Under the pieces are notes generated by a model. It searched no databases. It was not told the DNA's origin and saw only the letters and a program-made list of their open reading frames with translations. Made by a program: the position numbers and the translations under genes. Source: Polyangiaceae bacterium (lineage in GTDB: Bacteria > Myxococcota_A > Polyangia > Polyangiales > Polyangiaceae). Taken from it: a stretch of DNA of 64,000 nucleotides. How positions within the stretch are numbered: the stretch's first letter is position 1; every line of letters begins with the position of its first letter. Shown in pieces: positions 1 to 8,753 of this stretch. Location: contig DASQCO010000075.1 of assembly GCA_035634635.1 (NCBI GenBank), positions 3,382 to 67,381 of the forward strand. The letters run 5' to 3'.

Positions 1-1
1 A

Positions 2-127
2 CGGCAACGCGCCGAAGCGAATGCGATTGCAACCAACACCGCGCTGGTCACGGTGGTTGATGGCGAAATCGTGCGTGTTCATCCGAAGCATAGCGCCAAC
101 CGTGAAGCGGAACGGACCTCCGAGTAA
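2..127 (+). CDS. 3' end of a small protein truncated by the window edge; resembles the small partner genes found next to zeta-toxin-like/AAA ATPases
   Basis: Frame 2 is open and reads RQRAEANAIATNTALVTVVDGEIVRVHPK...*, with the stop followed by a strong hairpin. The family resemblance is from memory only. Confidence 0.4.
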   Translation, partial: RQRAEANAIATNTALVTVVDGEIVRVHPKHSANREAERTSE

Positions 128-139
128 GCGCGCGTATCC

Positions 140-174
140 GCGTAAGTCCTCGGCGACGCACCGAGGACTTACGC
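140..174. terminator. Perfect 14-bp hairpin, probable bidirectional terminator
   Basis: GCGTAAGTCCTCGG-cgacgca-CCGAGGACTTACGC lies between convergent ORFs. Confidence 0.65.
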
Positions 175-205
175 ATCCCTGCGCTGCCCCAGGGCAGGCT
201 GCGAA

Positions 206-1594
206 TCAGACTTGCCCGTCCAGGTCGCGCGCGCCCAAAAGCCCGGCCAGGCCCGATAGCTTTGCGAACAACTCATCGAAGGTCACGATCCGAATCGAGC
301 GCAATTCCGTTCGATAGGACTCAAATGAGCGGCGCAACGCTCGCGTAGTAAGTTCCCTTTTTGTGTTGCCCGCGATCACAACGCAATGTGGTTCAATCAC
401 CTCTACTCTTGGTTCGCCGGCTTCCTGTTCGCCCTGAAGTGTCTGCATGTGCTTCATGAATTGCGCTCGCTGCTCAAGCGTCTGTTGAACCGCTCCGGAC
501 AGCTCGCGAGAAGGCACGAACACATCGTTCCGGTATTCATTCGCATACAGGAGGGGTGTGCACGGCGTCTTAATCTCCACTATGATCGCGGCGTCCGTGA
601 GTTGATTGCGAAGGAGGTAGTCAGCAAACTTTCCGTGCTTGCCGCCCGCCCGAATGCCACCAACCAGGTAGCGTTCGCCATGTATGACAACAGGCGCGGC
701 GAAGAGTTGACTGAGCGCAAACGGGTTGGCAAGGAGTAGGTCTTGCCAAAATTTTTCAGAATCGTTCGTTTGATTCTTGCTCCACTCCGATACGAGCCGG
801 CGGATCTTTTCGAAAGAATGCCCCCTGTACGCAGCTTCTTCGAAGGCGATCTTGAAGCGAAGCAGTGAAGCGGCAACACCAGCAGACCACGCGGTTGCGG
901 CGACCGTCGTCGGAGGCACCTGGGAATCACTGCGGAGGTATTCGAGAAGCATGTGCGCCTTCGTGTGAACGAAGAGGGCCATTAGACCGGGATCTATTGG
1001 ATTGTCGCTCAGGATCTTCGACGCAGCGGCGACCCCTTCAGGCGTCGATCGATCAATCTCTCGAAGTAGTGGACAGGCAGCCAAAATGGATTCTGCCTCA
1101 TCCGCAAGTTCCACGAGTCCGGTCTCGAATTTCGGTTCAACTGGAACCATCCCGATGGGTTTGGCGAATAGTAGCCTTGCCAACCAATCGACTCCGCGTT
1201 GGCTAAATGATGCCCCGCGAGTAAGAAACATGTTCGCCCGCAGAATCGAACCCGGGACCACGATCTCTTCGCCCTTTCTCACGGTCGGGCCAGTCGAAAG
1301 GTCCGTAGAAACTTCATGGCGGAAGCGGCCACAGTCGCTGCACTTTCGACGCACGCAGACTCGGTCTGTCCACGGAGACAGAGCCGCCGAACAATCATGG
1401 CAATGTGCAGGCTGTGTATCAGCCTGAGGCTGTGTGCCTGGTCTGAGTTCGATGTCGCAAACGGGCTGCTGAGTGCTGTCGTAGTATCGAGCCCAGTTTA
1501 CTGATCCTTCCTCCTCTGCGACCAGGATGTGAAAGTCGTCTGCCGCGTCAGCTGCGGTCTGCGGCGTCAGCTGTGTGTTGTCAGGACCGGTCAT
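206..1594 (-). CDS. sduA: Shedu anti-phage nuclease (DUF4263 C-terminal domain) with N-terminal CxxC-x16-CxxC
   Basis: C-terminal motifs ESEKFWQ, ADYLL, VEIKTP, ELSGAVQQ, PHCVVIAG and IVTFDEL are typical of the DUF4263 PD-(D/E)xK nuclease. Confidence 0.85.
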   Translation of the reverse strand: MTGPDNTQLTPQTAADAADDFHILVAEEEGSVNWARYYDSTQQPVCDIELRPGTQPQADTQPAHCHDCSAALSPWTDRVCVRRKCSDCGRFRHEVSTDLSTGPTVRKGEEIVVPGSILRANMFLTRGASFSQRGVDWLARLLFAKPIGMVPVEPKFETGLVELADEAESILAACPLLREIDRSTPEGVAAASKILSDNPIDPGLMALFVHTKAHMLLEYLRSDSQVPPTTVAATAWSAGVAASLLRFKIAFEEAAYRGHSFEKIRRLVSEWSKNQTNDSEKFWQDLLLANPFALSQLFAAPVVIHGERYLVGGIRAGGKHGKFADYLLRNQLTDAAIIVEIKTPCTPLLYANEYRNDVFVPSRELSGAVQQTLEQRAQFMKHMQTLQGEQEAGEPRVEVIEPHCVVIAGNTKRELTTRALRRSFESYRTELRSIRIVTFDELFAKLSGLAGLLGARDLDGQV

Positions 1595-1713
1595 TCTTAA
1601 TTGGTTGAGTGTACCGAAGTCCTACTGTTGGCACCAGAGCCGTAGTGATCGGAGTGCCTGGCGGGAGAAACTATAGGACTAACCACTAGCGTGGTCTGTG
1701 TTAGACAGTCCGT

Positions 1714-2760
1714 ATGGTCGCGATCAACCTGGGGTTCGAGTTGGCTGTCGAAGTGCATAAGGTGCCGATCAAGGCAGACCTTGTCGGTGCCAGCATGTCG
1801 TTCATGGCCGGCGGGAGGAAGGTTCGTATCGAGCTGCCGACCGACATGACGGTGAAGTCCTACTACTCACCGTTTCTGAGGGGCGAAGACAAACCGTCGG
1901 CCTATGACCTTCACCGGCTTTATGTTCGCATGCGGCTCGATGAGACGCGAGAGCTGCCGAAGGAGATCCTCACGCTACCCATGGGTCAGTTCGAAATCGT
2001 TCCTAAGGAAGACCAGCTTTGGCTTACCCGCAAAGCAGAAGACCTCAACGAGGTGGCTAGGTCGCTTTACCAACGGTGGCTCAACGCCCTCCGTTGGAAG
2101 CTGATAGACGGAGCGTTCGGCAGGCTGCCCTGGTACCCTCAAATCGGCTCAGCCTCGATCACCAATTCGGACAGCGGAAACCGGATCTGGGGCAAAGGCA
2201 GCAGTAGCGATATCCTCGACCTCAGGACACCCAGGTTCGATCTGGCGGTGTGGCGAGAGATCGAAGCGGCGTTGCAAAATGACGGGAGGTCCCCGGTCTC
2301 GTTCGATCTGTTGTTCGACGCCGAAGAGAACTTCGAGCTGGGCAACCTAGATGCAGCGGTCATCCAGCTCGCGGTAGCCTGCGAGGTATTCATGAAAGCT
2401 CGGCTCCACAGCAAGCTCCCACCTGGGGCATCAAAGTCGGCCAGGGAACGCATCGACCGGTCTCGTGTACGTAAGGACAACTACAAAATATTCAAGGGCG
2501 CACTGACCCCTACCGAACTAGGTCGGTTCAATAAAATCGAAGCAGATCTCGACAAGCTTTTTGAGGCACGGAATACCGCTGCTCACGAGGGATCAGACAC
2601 GTCTTTGACTGACGACGACTGCTTCACGTACGTCAACACAGCGAGGGACCTTCTGCTTATCGATCAACCGGGACCACACACCTTCATGGCGCGAAGCCAT
2701 CGCTTCCATCGATATCAGCCGTTCATGGAACCACCGCCTCCTCCCCCTGGGTCCACGTGA
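1714..2760 (+). CDS. HEPN-domain protein (putative RNase effector, ApeA-like architecture)
   Basis: C-terminal helical region AVIQLAVACEVF ... LFEARNTAAHEG contains the RxxxxH motif. Confidence 0.65.
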   Translation: MVAINLGFELAVEVHKVPIKADLVGASMSFMAGGRKVRIELPTDMTVKSYYSPFLRGEDKPSAYDLHRLYVRMRLDETRELPKEILTLPMGQFEIVPKEDQLWLTRKAEDLNEVARSLYQRWLNALRWKLIDGAFGRLPWYPQIGSASITNSDSGNRIWGKGSSSDILDLRTPRFDLAVWREIEAALQNDGRSPVSFDLLFDAEENFELGNLDAAVIQLAVACEVFMKARLHSKLPPGASKSARERIDRSRVRKDNYKIFKGALTPTELGRFNKIEADLDKLFEARNTAAHEGSDTSLTDDDCFTYVNTARDLLLIDQPGPHTFMARSHRFHRYQPFMEPPPPPPGST

Positions 2761-2842
2761 ACTCGTCGTCCAGACGACCAGAGTCCCAGGTACCGAAACA
2801 AAGTACCAGTGATCCAGCGTCGAGTCGCCGCGAAATGCGTGT

Positions 2843-3832
2843 CTATTGCTGGAGAAAGTCGGGCATCTGTCGCTCGCGGAGCTGCTGCACCCAAACTCGC
2901 AGTGGCTCGGGGTTCCAGAAGGCCGCGCACGCGTCGAGATAGTCGGCGACCGCATTCCACTCGTCCAGCCTGCACAGCTCACGCGCCAGCAGGAACGACG
3001 GCCCGTACGAGGACAGTCGATAATCGCTGCCGACGGCTGCCGACTCGCGCAAGTGCTCGCGCGCCTCGGCTACGTTGCCTCGACGTGCGGCGATGACCCC
3101 AAGCGTCGTATGGGCCCAGTGCTTGCGATGCGCATGGTCAGTGATCGCGCTGGTCAATGCTCTCGCCGCAGCGTCGCTGTCCGATCCTGATCGCGCTCGC
3201 GTCCAGAGGTCGCGGCCGCGTTCCGGCCAGTCAAGCTTCTCTCCGTGGACTGCACGAGCTTCCTTGACCAACGAAAGAAGCTCCGCCGCCACTTGCTCAC
3301 CTGCCATTACGTCATCCGCCTCTATTGCGGCCCGCGCCAGCCAGGTGAGCAGATTCGGTTGCGCCGCGCCAAGGGCACGTGCTTTCTGAAGCGCACCCAG
3401 GCGACGCTTCGGATCCGGGCATATTCGGCCGAGTTCGAGCCAGAGTCCGGGATGTTCGGGACTCCTCCCTAGCGCCTCATCCAACACGTTCACTGCGCGG
3501 TCGCGGTCGCACGGGGCAACGAACGCCGCGAGGCCCTGGGCCAGCTCTGGATCGTCTGGATGCTCTTCCCGGAGGCGTAGCCACTCCTGTTCGATTTGCG
3601 CGAACGCCGCTGGAAAGGTCGACTGATCGACGTGGACGTACGGGGTGCGAGCAATTAGCGTCCGGGGGAAGCGGCGAACGTATTCAATTGCGTGGTGGAT
3701 TCGGCGCGGCGCCCCGGCGAGGCCGGGGCCGAGGTACTCAAAGAGGATTTCTTCAAGCAGTGACTCGGAGCCTGGGTCGGCAGCCAGCTGGATTTCGAGG
3801 GCCTCAAGCTTCGCTTCGAGTTCCGGTGTCAT
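2843..3832 (-). CDS. TPR-like helical repeat protein
   Basis: Ala/Leu-rich helical repeats such as HWAHTTLGVIAARRGNVAEAREHL. Start placed at MTPELEAK. Confidence 0.65.
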   Translation of the reverse strand: MTPELEAKLEALEIQLAADPGSESLLEEILFEYLGPGLAGAPRRIHHAIEYVRRFPRTLIARTPYVHVDQSTFPAAFAQIEQEWLRLREEHPDDPELAQGLAAFVAPCDRDRAVNVLDEALGRSPEHPGLWLELGRICPDPKRRLGALQKARALGAAQPNLLTWLARAAIEADDVMAGEQVAAELLSLVKEARAVHGEKLDWPERGRDLWTRARSGSDSDAAARALTSAITDHAHRKHWAHTTLGVIAARRGNVAEAREHLRESAAVGSDYRLSSYGPSFLLARELCRLDEWNAVADYLDACAAFWNPEPLRVWVQQLRERQMPDFLQQ

Positions 3833-4003
3833 GTTGCCCGCAGCACGACTGTATTCCGTCCGTTGCCCGTTGCCCACCTATTGCCCCGGCTCACGTCCCG
3901 AAGCGTCCTATCGCGTCGCGTTCCGTCCCCTCCGCGAGCGCCCCCTTCGTGCCGCAACTACAACGGCATCAGCCGTTTTCTAGTTGTTTCTCCGTCTTTG
4001 AAG

Positions 4004-4057
4004 GTAGCGCCGCCAGCAAGAATCGAACTTGCGACCTTGGCTTTAGGAAAGCCCTTG
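4004..4057 (-). tRNA. 3' half (anticodon arm to acceptor strand) of tRNA-Arg(CCT); 5' half absent; probable att-site remnant
   Basis: Minus strand reads GGGCT-TTCCTAA-AGCCA AGGTC GCAAG-TTCGATT-CTTGC TGGCGGCG. No D-arm or 5' acceptor strand is present upstream. Confidence 0.75.
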
Positions 4058-4078
4058 TCTCCGCTGCCCCCACCCCCC

Positions 4079-4678
4079 TCACCCCGCCCCCAACGCCCTC
4101 TTCACAATCTCCCCCGCGGCCGCCGAGAACGGCAATTCCAATGCCGCCCCGTGCCCGCGCTCACTCATCTTCTTCCAAGTCTTCTGCACGACCTCAATCA
4201 CCTTCTCCGCCGGGTACCGCGTGCAAAACTCGTCGAACTCAAACTCTAAGAACGTCAAACACAGCGCGTCCTCCATCGTTTGAGTATCGGGATTGCTGTG
4301 CAGCCCTTGCTTCAAATTGATCTTCCGCACGGCGTCGATCACTTCGCGCTCGTATCCAAGTCCTTCCAAGATCCGGGTCACGGTGTCCGCGTGAAAGCGC
4401 CCGAGCTGAGTGCGCCATTGCAAGTACCCAACGCGACCCGCCGGGAATGAGTCTCTCGGGATGTGCCAGCGGCGAATGTGCTGGCAGCGCGCTGCTAAGC
4501 GCAGTGCTTCCGACGCATGTGGATCGAGCCGATCGACCCAAGCTGACAATCGCTCGGCGTCTACCAATTCTCGCGGGCGGGCGACGCTTCCGACGTTGAG
4601 GGTGTGCGGGTCTTCTGCGTTTTCGCGATCGAAGGCCGTGATGGCGGCTTGGAAGCGTGAGGCGTCGGCGATGGCCAT
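4079..4678 (-). CDS. DUF4202 family protein
   Basis: ENAEDP, ALRLAARCQHIRRW, GYLQWR, TQTMEDALCLTFLE and KTWKKMS motifs. Confidence 0.85.
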   Translation of the reverse strand: MAIADASRFQAAITAFDRENAEDPHTLNVGSVARPRELVDAERLSAWVDRLDPHASEALRLAARCQHIRRWHIPRDSFPAGRVGYLQWRTQLGRFHADTVTRILEGLGYEREVIDAVRKINLKQGLHSNPDTQTMEDALCLTFLEFEFDEFCTRYPAEKVIEVVQKTWKKMSERGHGAALELPFSAAAGEIVKRALGAG

Positions 4679-4804
4679 AACGCATCGTTCTTTACCATTG
4701 GCGACTGCGCGCATGATGAGGGTTCGCGTTCGAGCTCACAAAACCGGACAAAAGGCGACCATCTGTGGACACTGCGGCGTGAAAGCGCACTAGACTGCGC
4801 GGCC

Positions 4805-5788
4805 ATGCAATACCGCGCTCTGGGTCGCACCGGCCTCACTGTTTCGGCTGTTAGTTTTGGGGCTTGGGCTATTGGCGGTACTTGGGGACCCGTCAACGAC
4901 GAGGATTCGCTGAAAGCGTTGCACCGGGCGCTCGACTTGGGTGTGAACTTTTTCGACACGGCCGACGTGTACGGGGATGGGCACAGTGAGCGGCTGCTCG
5001 CTCGCCTGAAGCGTGAGCGGGGTCCTATCTTCCACACCGCGACCAAGGCGGGGCGGCGGTTGGATCCGCATGTGGCGAGCGGTTATAACCGGGAGAATTT
5101 GACGGCGTTCGTGGAGCGGAGCGCCAAGAATCTCGAAGTCGATGCGCTCGAGTTGCTGCAACTGCACTGTCCCCCGACAGACGTTTATTACATGCCGGAG
5201 GTGTTCGGCGTGCTGGATGATTTGAAGCGCGCGGGGAAGTTGAAGCACTATGGCGTGAGCGTGGAGCGCGTTGAAGAGGCGCTCAAGGCCATCGAGTTTC
5301 CCGACGTGCAGTCGGTGCAGATCATTTTCAATATTTTTCGGCAGCGGCCGGCGGAGCATTTCTTTGCTGAGGCGCAGCGCCGCAAGGTAGGTGTTCTCGC
5401 GCGGTTGCCGCTTTCTTCAGGACTGCTCGGCGGCAAGATGAAGCCGGGGCAGCAGTTCGCAGCGGACGATCATCGCGCGTTCAATCGCGAGGGCGCCGCG
5501 TTCGATCGTGGTGAGACGTTCTCGGGCGTTGATTTCGACACCGGCCTGGCAGTGGTCGAGGAGTTGCGCGCGCTCGTTCCAGCGGGCATGTCGCTACCGC
5601 AGTTTGCGCTGCGCTGGATTGATATGCATGACGCGGTGACGTGTTCGATTCCGGGCGCTAAACGCCCCGACCAAGTTGCTGAAAACGCCGCGGCTGCAGA
5701 TCTGCCGCCACTCAGCACGGATGTGCTGCGGCGCGTGAAAGAGCTGTACGACGCGCGCATTCGCCCCGCGGTGCACCAGCGCTGGTAG
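4805..5788 (+). CDS. Aldo/keto reductase
   Basis: MQYRALGRTGLTVS, FFDTADVYGDGHSE, LLQLH and IPGAK motifs. Confidence 0.93.
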   Translation: MQYRALGRTGLTVSAVSFGAWAIGGTWGPVNDEDSLKALHRALDLGVNFFDTADVYGDGHSERLLARLKRERGPIFHTATKAGRRLDPHVASGYNRENLTAFVERSAKNLEVDALELLQLHCPPTDVYYMPEVFGVLDDLKRAGKLKHYGVSVERVEEALKAIEFPDVQSVQIIFNIFRQRPAEHFFAEAQRRKVGVLARLPLSSGLLGGKMKPGQQFAADDHRAFNREGAAFDRGETFSGVDFDTGLAVVEELRALVPAGMSLPQFALRWIDMHDAVTCSIPGAKRPDQVAENAAAADLPPLSTDVLRRVKELYDARIRPAVHQRW

Positions 5789-5803
5789 TGCGCGCGCGTG
5801 CGC

Positions 5804-6253
5804 TCAGCGCGCCGGAGCCAGCAATTGGAGCAAGCCGCTGATCCGGGGTTTGGCGCGGGTGATTTCGGCGAGCGTGTGCTGGTCGAGCTCCGCCAAGAAA
5901 CTGCTCGTTGCGTCGTGCAAGATCGACTTGAGTCGGCACGCGGGGGCAATGGCGCACGGTTCTTCTTCGCCTGCGCGCAAGCACGGCACGACGCCGAGCT
6001 CGGGCTCCATGCTGCGGACGACCGCGCCGAGCTTGAGCTTGGCGGGATCCGCGAGCAAACGCACGCCGCCGGTCTTGCCGCGGGTGGTCTCCACGTAGCC
6101 GAGCTCGGCCAGCTTTTGCACGACCTTGAGCAAGTGATTCAGCGAGATGCCGTAGCTGTCACTGATTTCGCCCACCGTCAGCTTCTCGGGCGCGACGCAG
6201 GCGAGCGCGATCAGCGTGCGAAAGGCGTAGTCGGTGTAGGACGTCAGTTGCAC
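5804..6253 (-). CDS. nsrR: Rrf2-family NO-sensing repressor NsrR
   Basis: MQLTSYTDYAFR, NHLLKVV and RGKTGG motifs, three conserved Cys (VPC...PCAIAPAC), and linkage to a globin gene. Confidence 0.85.
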   Translation of the reverse strand: MQLTSYTDYAFRTLIALACVAPEKLTVGEISDSYGISLNHLLKVVQKLAELGYVETTRGKTGGVRLLADPAKLKLGAVVRSMEPELGVVPCLRAGEEEPCAIAPACRLKSILHDATSSFLAELDQHTLAEITRAKPRISGLLQLLAPAR

Positions 6254-6265
6254 GAGGTGGCGAGC

Positions 6266-7249
6266 TTACGATGCGGAGTGAGGCGCGGCAAACGCATCAC
6301 AGTGTATGCGATTCAGCGGAGCCCCAGCCAGGTATGCGCGTTTTCGCAACGAGTGCACGAGCGCTGGCTGCCCGCAAACGAACAAGCGATGCGCATCGAG
6401 CTTCGGCAAGCGCGAAAACACGACCTGATCGAGGGGCGCAACCTCGAGTTGCCAGCGACTCTGTTCGCCCAGCTCCGCTTCTGGCCCCGAGAGCAAGCTC
6501 GCGAACAAGCGCAAATTGGGCATGGTGTCCGTCAGCGCTTCGAGCTCGGAGCGTAGGTAAATTCCCGATAATTGTGGGCTACCGTGAAACAGTGAGATCT
6601 CGCCGCGATGTCCGTTACGCGCGGCGGTTCTGAGCACCCCCATCAGGGGTGCGAGGCCCGTCCCGGTGCCGGCCAGCACTAGCGGTCGATCGGGCTCGCC
6701 TTCTTGATAAAAGCATTCCCCGAACGGGCCGCGCACGCTCACGCTTTGGCCAATCGCATCGCGCAACCAGCCGCTCATCTGACCACTCGGAAGCAGCGCT
6801 ACATGGAGCTCGAGCTCCCCGTCAGTTGGCATCGATGCAATCGAATAGGGGCGCATCAACCCGTCACTCGGGCGTGAGAGCTGAATGAATTGCCCGGCGC
6901 GGAATTCGAAACCGGACGGCCGCGCGAGTCGCACGCCGATCACGTTCGGCGCGAGCTGCGTCACGGAGCGGACGACGCTTTCATACGAGGCCGCGGCGTC
7001 ACAGCGCTCGATCGTCAAGTCAGCTTGCGGACGGCAGACGCAGGCCAAAAAGTAGCCTTGCTGCTTCCAGGCGTCTTTCAAGCCCTGCTGTGCGACCGCG
7101 GGCACGGGGCCCGAGGTGGCTTGCAACAGGCAGGATTGGCAAGCGCCGCTGCGGCACAGCGAGCTGACCGGCTCACCCTGCCGCAGCAAGCAATCGAGCA
7201 CGCTTTCGCCTGGCTCGATTGAATAGTCTTTGTTTTCGAAGCGCAGCAT
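6266..7249 (-). CDS. 2Fe-2S ferredoxin:NAD(P)H oxidoreductase (FNR family)
   Basis: CRSGACQSC...LAC 2Fe-2S motif, plus RPYSIAS, GTGTGLAP and FVCG. Confidence 0.9.
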   Translation of the reverse strand: MLRFENKDYSIEPGESVLDCLLRQGEPVSSLCRSGACQSCLLQATSGPVPAVAQQGLKDAWKQQGYFLACVCRPQADLTIERCDAAASYESVVRSVTQLAPNVIGVRLARPSGFEFRAGQFIQLSRPSDGLMRPYSIASMPTDGELELHVALLPSGQMSGWLRDAIGQSVSVRGPFGECFYQEGEPDRPLVLAGTGTGLAPLMGVLRTAARNGHRGEISLFHGSPQLSGIYLRSELEALTDTMPNLRLFASLLSGPEAELGEQSRWQLEVAPLDQVVFSRLPKLDAHRLFVCGQPALVHSLRKRAYLAGAPLNRIHCDAFAAPHSAS

Positions 7250-7260
7250 GGTCGTGCGGC

Positions 7261-7620
7261 CTAGCGGCTGACGATGTCACCTTTCACGCTGAGCGCGATC
7301 GCGGCAGCTTCGCCAATCAAGTCCGCGGGCACGCCGAGTTCGGAGAGGGTGGCTCCCAGGTTCTCCATCACGGCGTTGAAATGCGCTTCCGTCAGGTTCA
7401 TGCGCGCGTGAGCGCTGCGCATGTCCTTGCCCGAGTACGCGTTGGGACCGCCGAAGGCGAAGGTCAAGAACGCCTTCTGCTTGGCGCGTTGGCGATCCAT
7501 ATCGACGTCGTCGAAGAAGCTCGAGATGCGGTCGTCGGTCAGCACCTTGCGATAGAAAATGTCGACCGCTGCATCGACCGCTGCTTCGCCACCGAGTCGC
7601 TCGTAAATGGAGGTGCTCAT
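7261..7620 (-). CDS. glbN: Group I truncated haemoglobin (trHbN)
   Basis: SIYERLGGEAAV, FYRKV, FGGPNAYSGKDMRSAH and HFNAV motifs. Confidence 0.92.
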   Translation of the reverse strand: MSTSIYERLGGEAAVDAAVDIFYRKVLTDDRISSFFDDVDMDRQRAKQKAFLTFAFGGPNAYSGKDMRSAHARMNLTEAHFNAVMENLGATLSELGVPADLIGEAAAIALSVKGDIVSR

Positions 7621-7679
7621 GTTTCGTCCTCTTTTCGACTTTCTGGAAGTTCTCTAACGCCCGTCCCGCGAGCGCCGCT

Positions 7680-7704
7680 AAACTGGTAAACAAAATACTT
7701 GTTT
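7680..7704. promoter_or_regulatory. Candidate NsrR operator
   Basis: AT-rich imperfect palindrome AAACaaGTA-N7-TACcaGTTT (minus strand) about 60 bp upstream of glbN; resembles the 11-1-11 NsrR box. Confidence 0.6.
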
Positions 7705-8047
7705 TGGTCAACAGCGAAAAACGGCTGCGGTGAGGCTCCGGCGCGTGACTGGGGCGTGTTGAACCCCCAACCCCCATATTCCCCAATTCGTTAACCCTAC
7801 TGTTATGAGTGATGACGAGCGCGTGAAACAGCGCCGGGACGATTGTCGATGTTTCGCTGGCGTGCGTCTGCCGCGCGCAGCAACCGAAAGCTCGAATCCG
7901 GTGAGCAGCGATTTCGGCAGCAACGGCAGAGTGCGCCGGGGCAAAGTGCGGCTCGCGGCATGGTAAATTTTCTGGGCAGGACGAAAACCCGCATAAATCG
8001 CGGGCAACGCGTTGCGCTCGCGAATTTGCGGGCGTACCACGACGGTC

Positions 8048-8701
8048 ATGGCTTCACCGGAATCGGGGCGTCCGCTGCCTACGCCGCCTCCGCCGCGACC
8101 GACGCTCCCCAGCATGCCGCACATCGATTTGGCGTCGATCGTGGGTCGCCGCGCTGCGGCCGACTATGTGCGCTCCGGCAGTGGCATCGCGCCTGCGGAC
8201 ACGACGCCGGCCGACAGCGAACCCATCGAAGTCTTTCGGCCAGGCTCGTTCAAACCCGAGACTGCCATCGACGAACAGATCAACGATCTCGAGCGCTGGG
8301 TGCAAGCGAACCTGAAACGCACGCGCCACGAAAAGATTCGCTTTTGGGTGCTGCGCGGCCTCGCGATCTCGGGCGCATTGCTGGCCGCGCTCATGGCCAG
8401 CCAAGACAGCCCGCGCATCACGATTCTGGCGAGTGTATTAGCCGCGCTGTGCGTAGCCGTCGACGCGGCATGGCCTTCGGATTCGTTCCGCAACGTCCAC
8501 CAACGCGCGGTGTGCGATCTGCGCGAACTGCAAAATACGCTCAAGTTGCGCTGGGACAAGGTGTGCCTCGCGCATCCCGACACGTCGGCCCCGCAACGCA
8601 CCGCGCACGCCCTGTCGCTGCTCGACCAAGTGCAAAGCAAACGCGAAGAAATCGGCCGATATTTGGGCTCAGCAGAGGCGAGTCCCGGCATTCAACGCTG
8701 A
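8048..8701 (+). CDS. Two-TM SLATT/DUF4231-like membrane protein with Pro-rich N-terminus
   Basis: A helix followed by a hydrophobic hairpin (FWVLRGLAISGALLAALM / ITILASVLAALCVAV) and a charged C-terminal helix. Confidence 0.5.
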   Translation: MASPESGRPLPTPPPPRPTLPSMPHIDLASIVGRRAAADYVRSGSGIAPADTTPADSEPIEVFRPGSFKPETAIDEQINDLERWVQANLKRTRHEKIRFWVLRGLAISGALLAALMASQDSPRITILASVLAALCVAVDAAWPSDSFRNVHQRAVCDLRELQNTLKLRWDKVCLAHPDTSAPQRTAHALSLLDQVQSKREEIGRYLGSAEASPGIQR

Positions 8702-8753
8702 CCCTGACTAAGTCACCATCGGCGCTTTCGTGCGCGCCTGCTATCCTCCGCGC

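Noticed and set aside
4004-4080. Intact tRNA-Arg gene
   Set aside because: There is no D-arm or 5' acceptor strand; the sequence becomes a C-run and then the DUF4202 stop codon.
7805-7966. 53-aa ORF MSDDERVKQRRDDCRC...
   Set aside because: No RBS or recognisable motif, so it cannot be supported.
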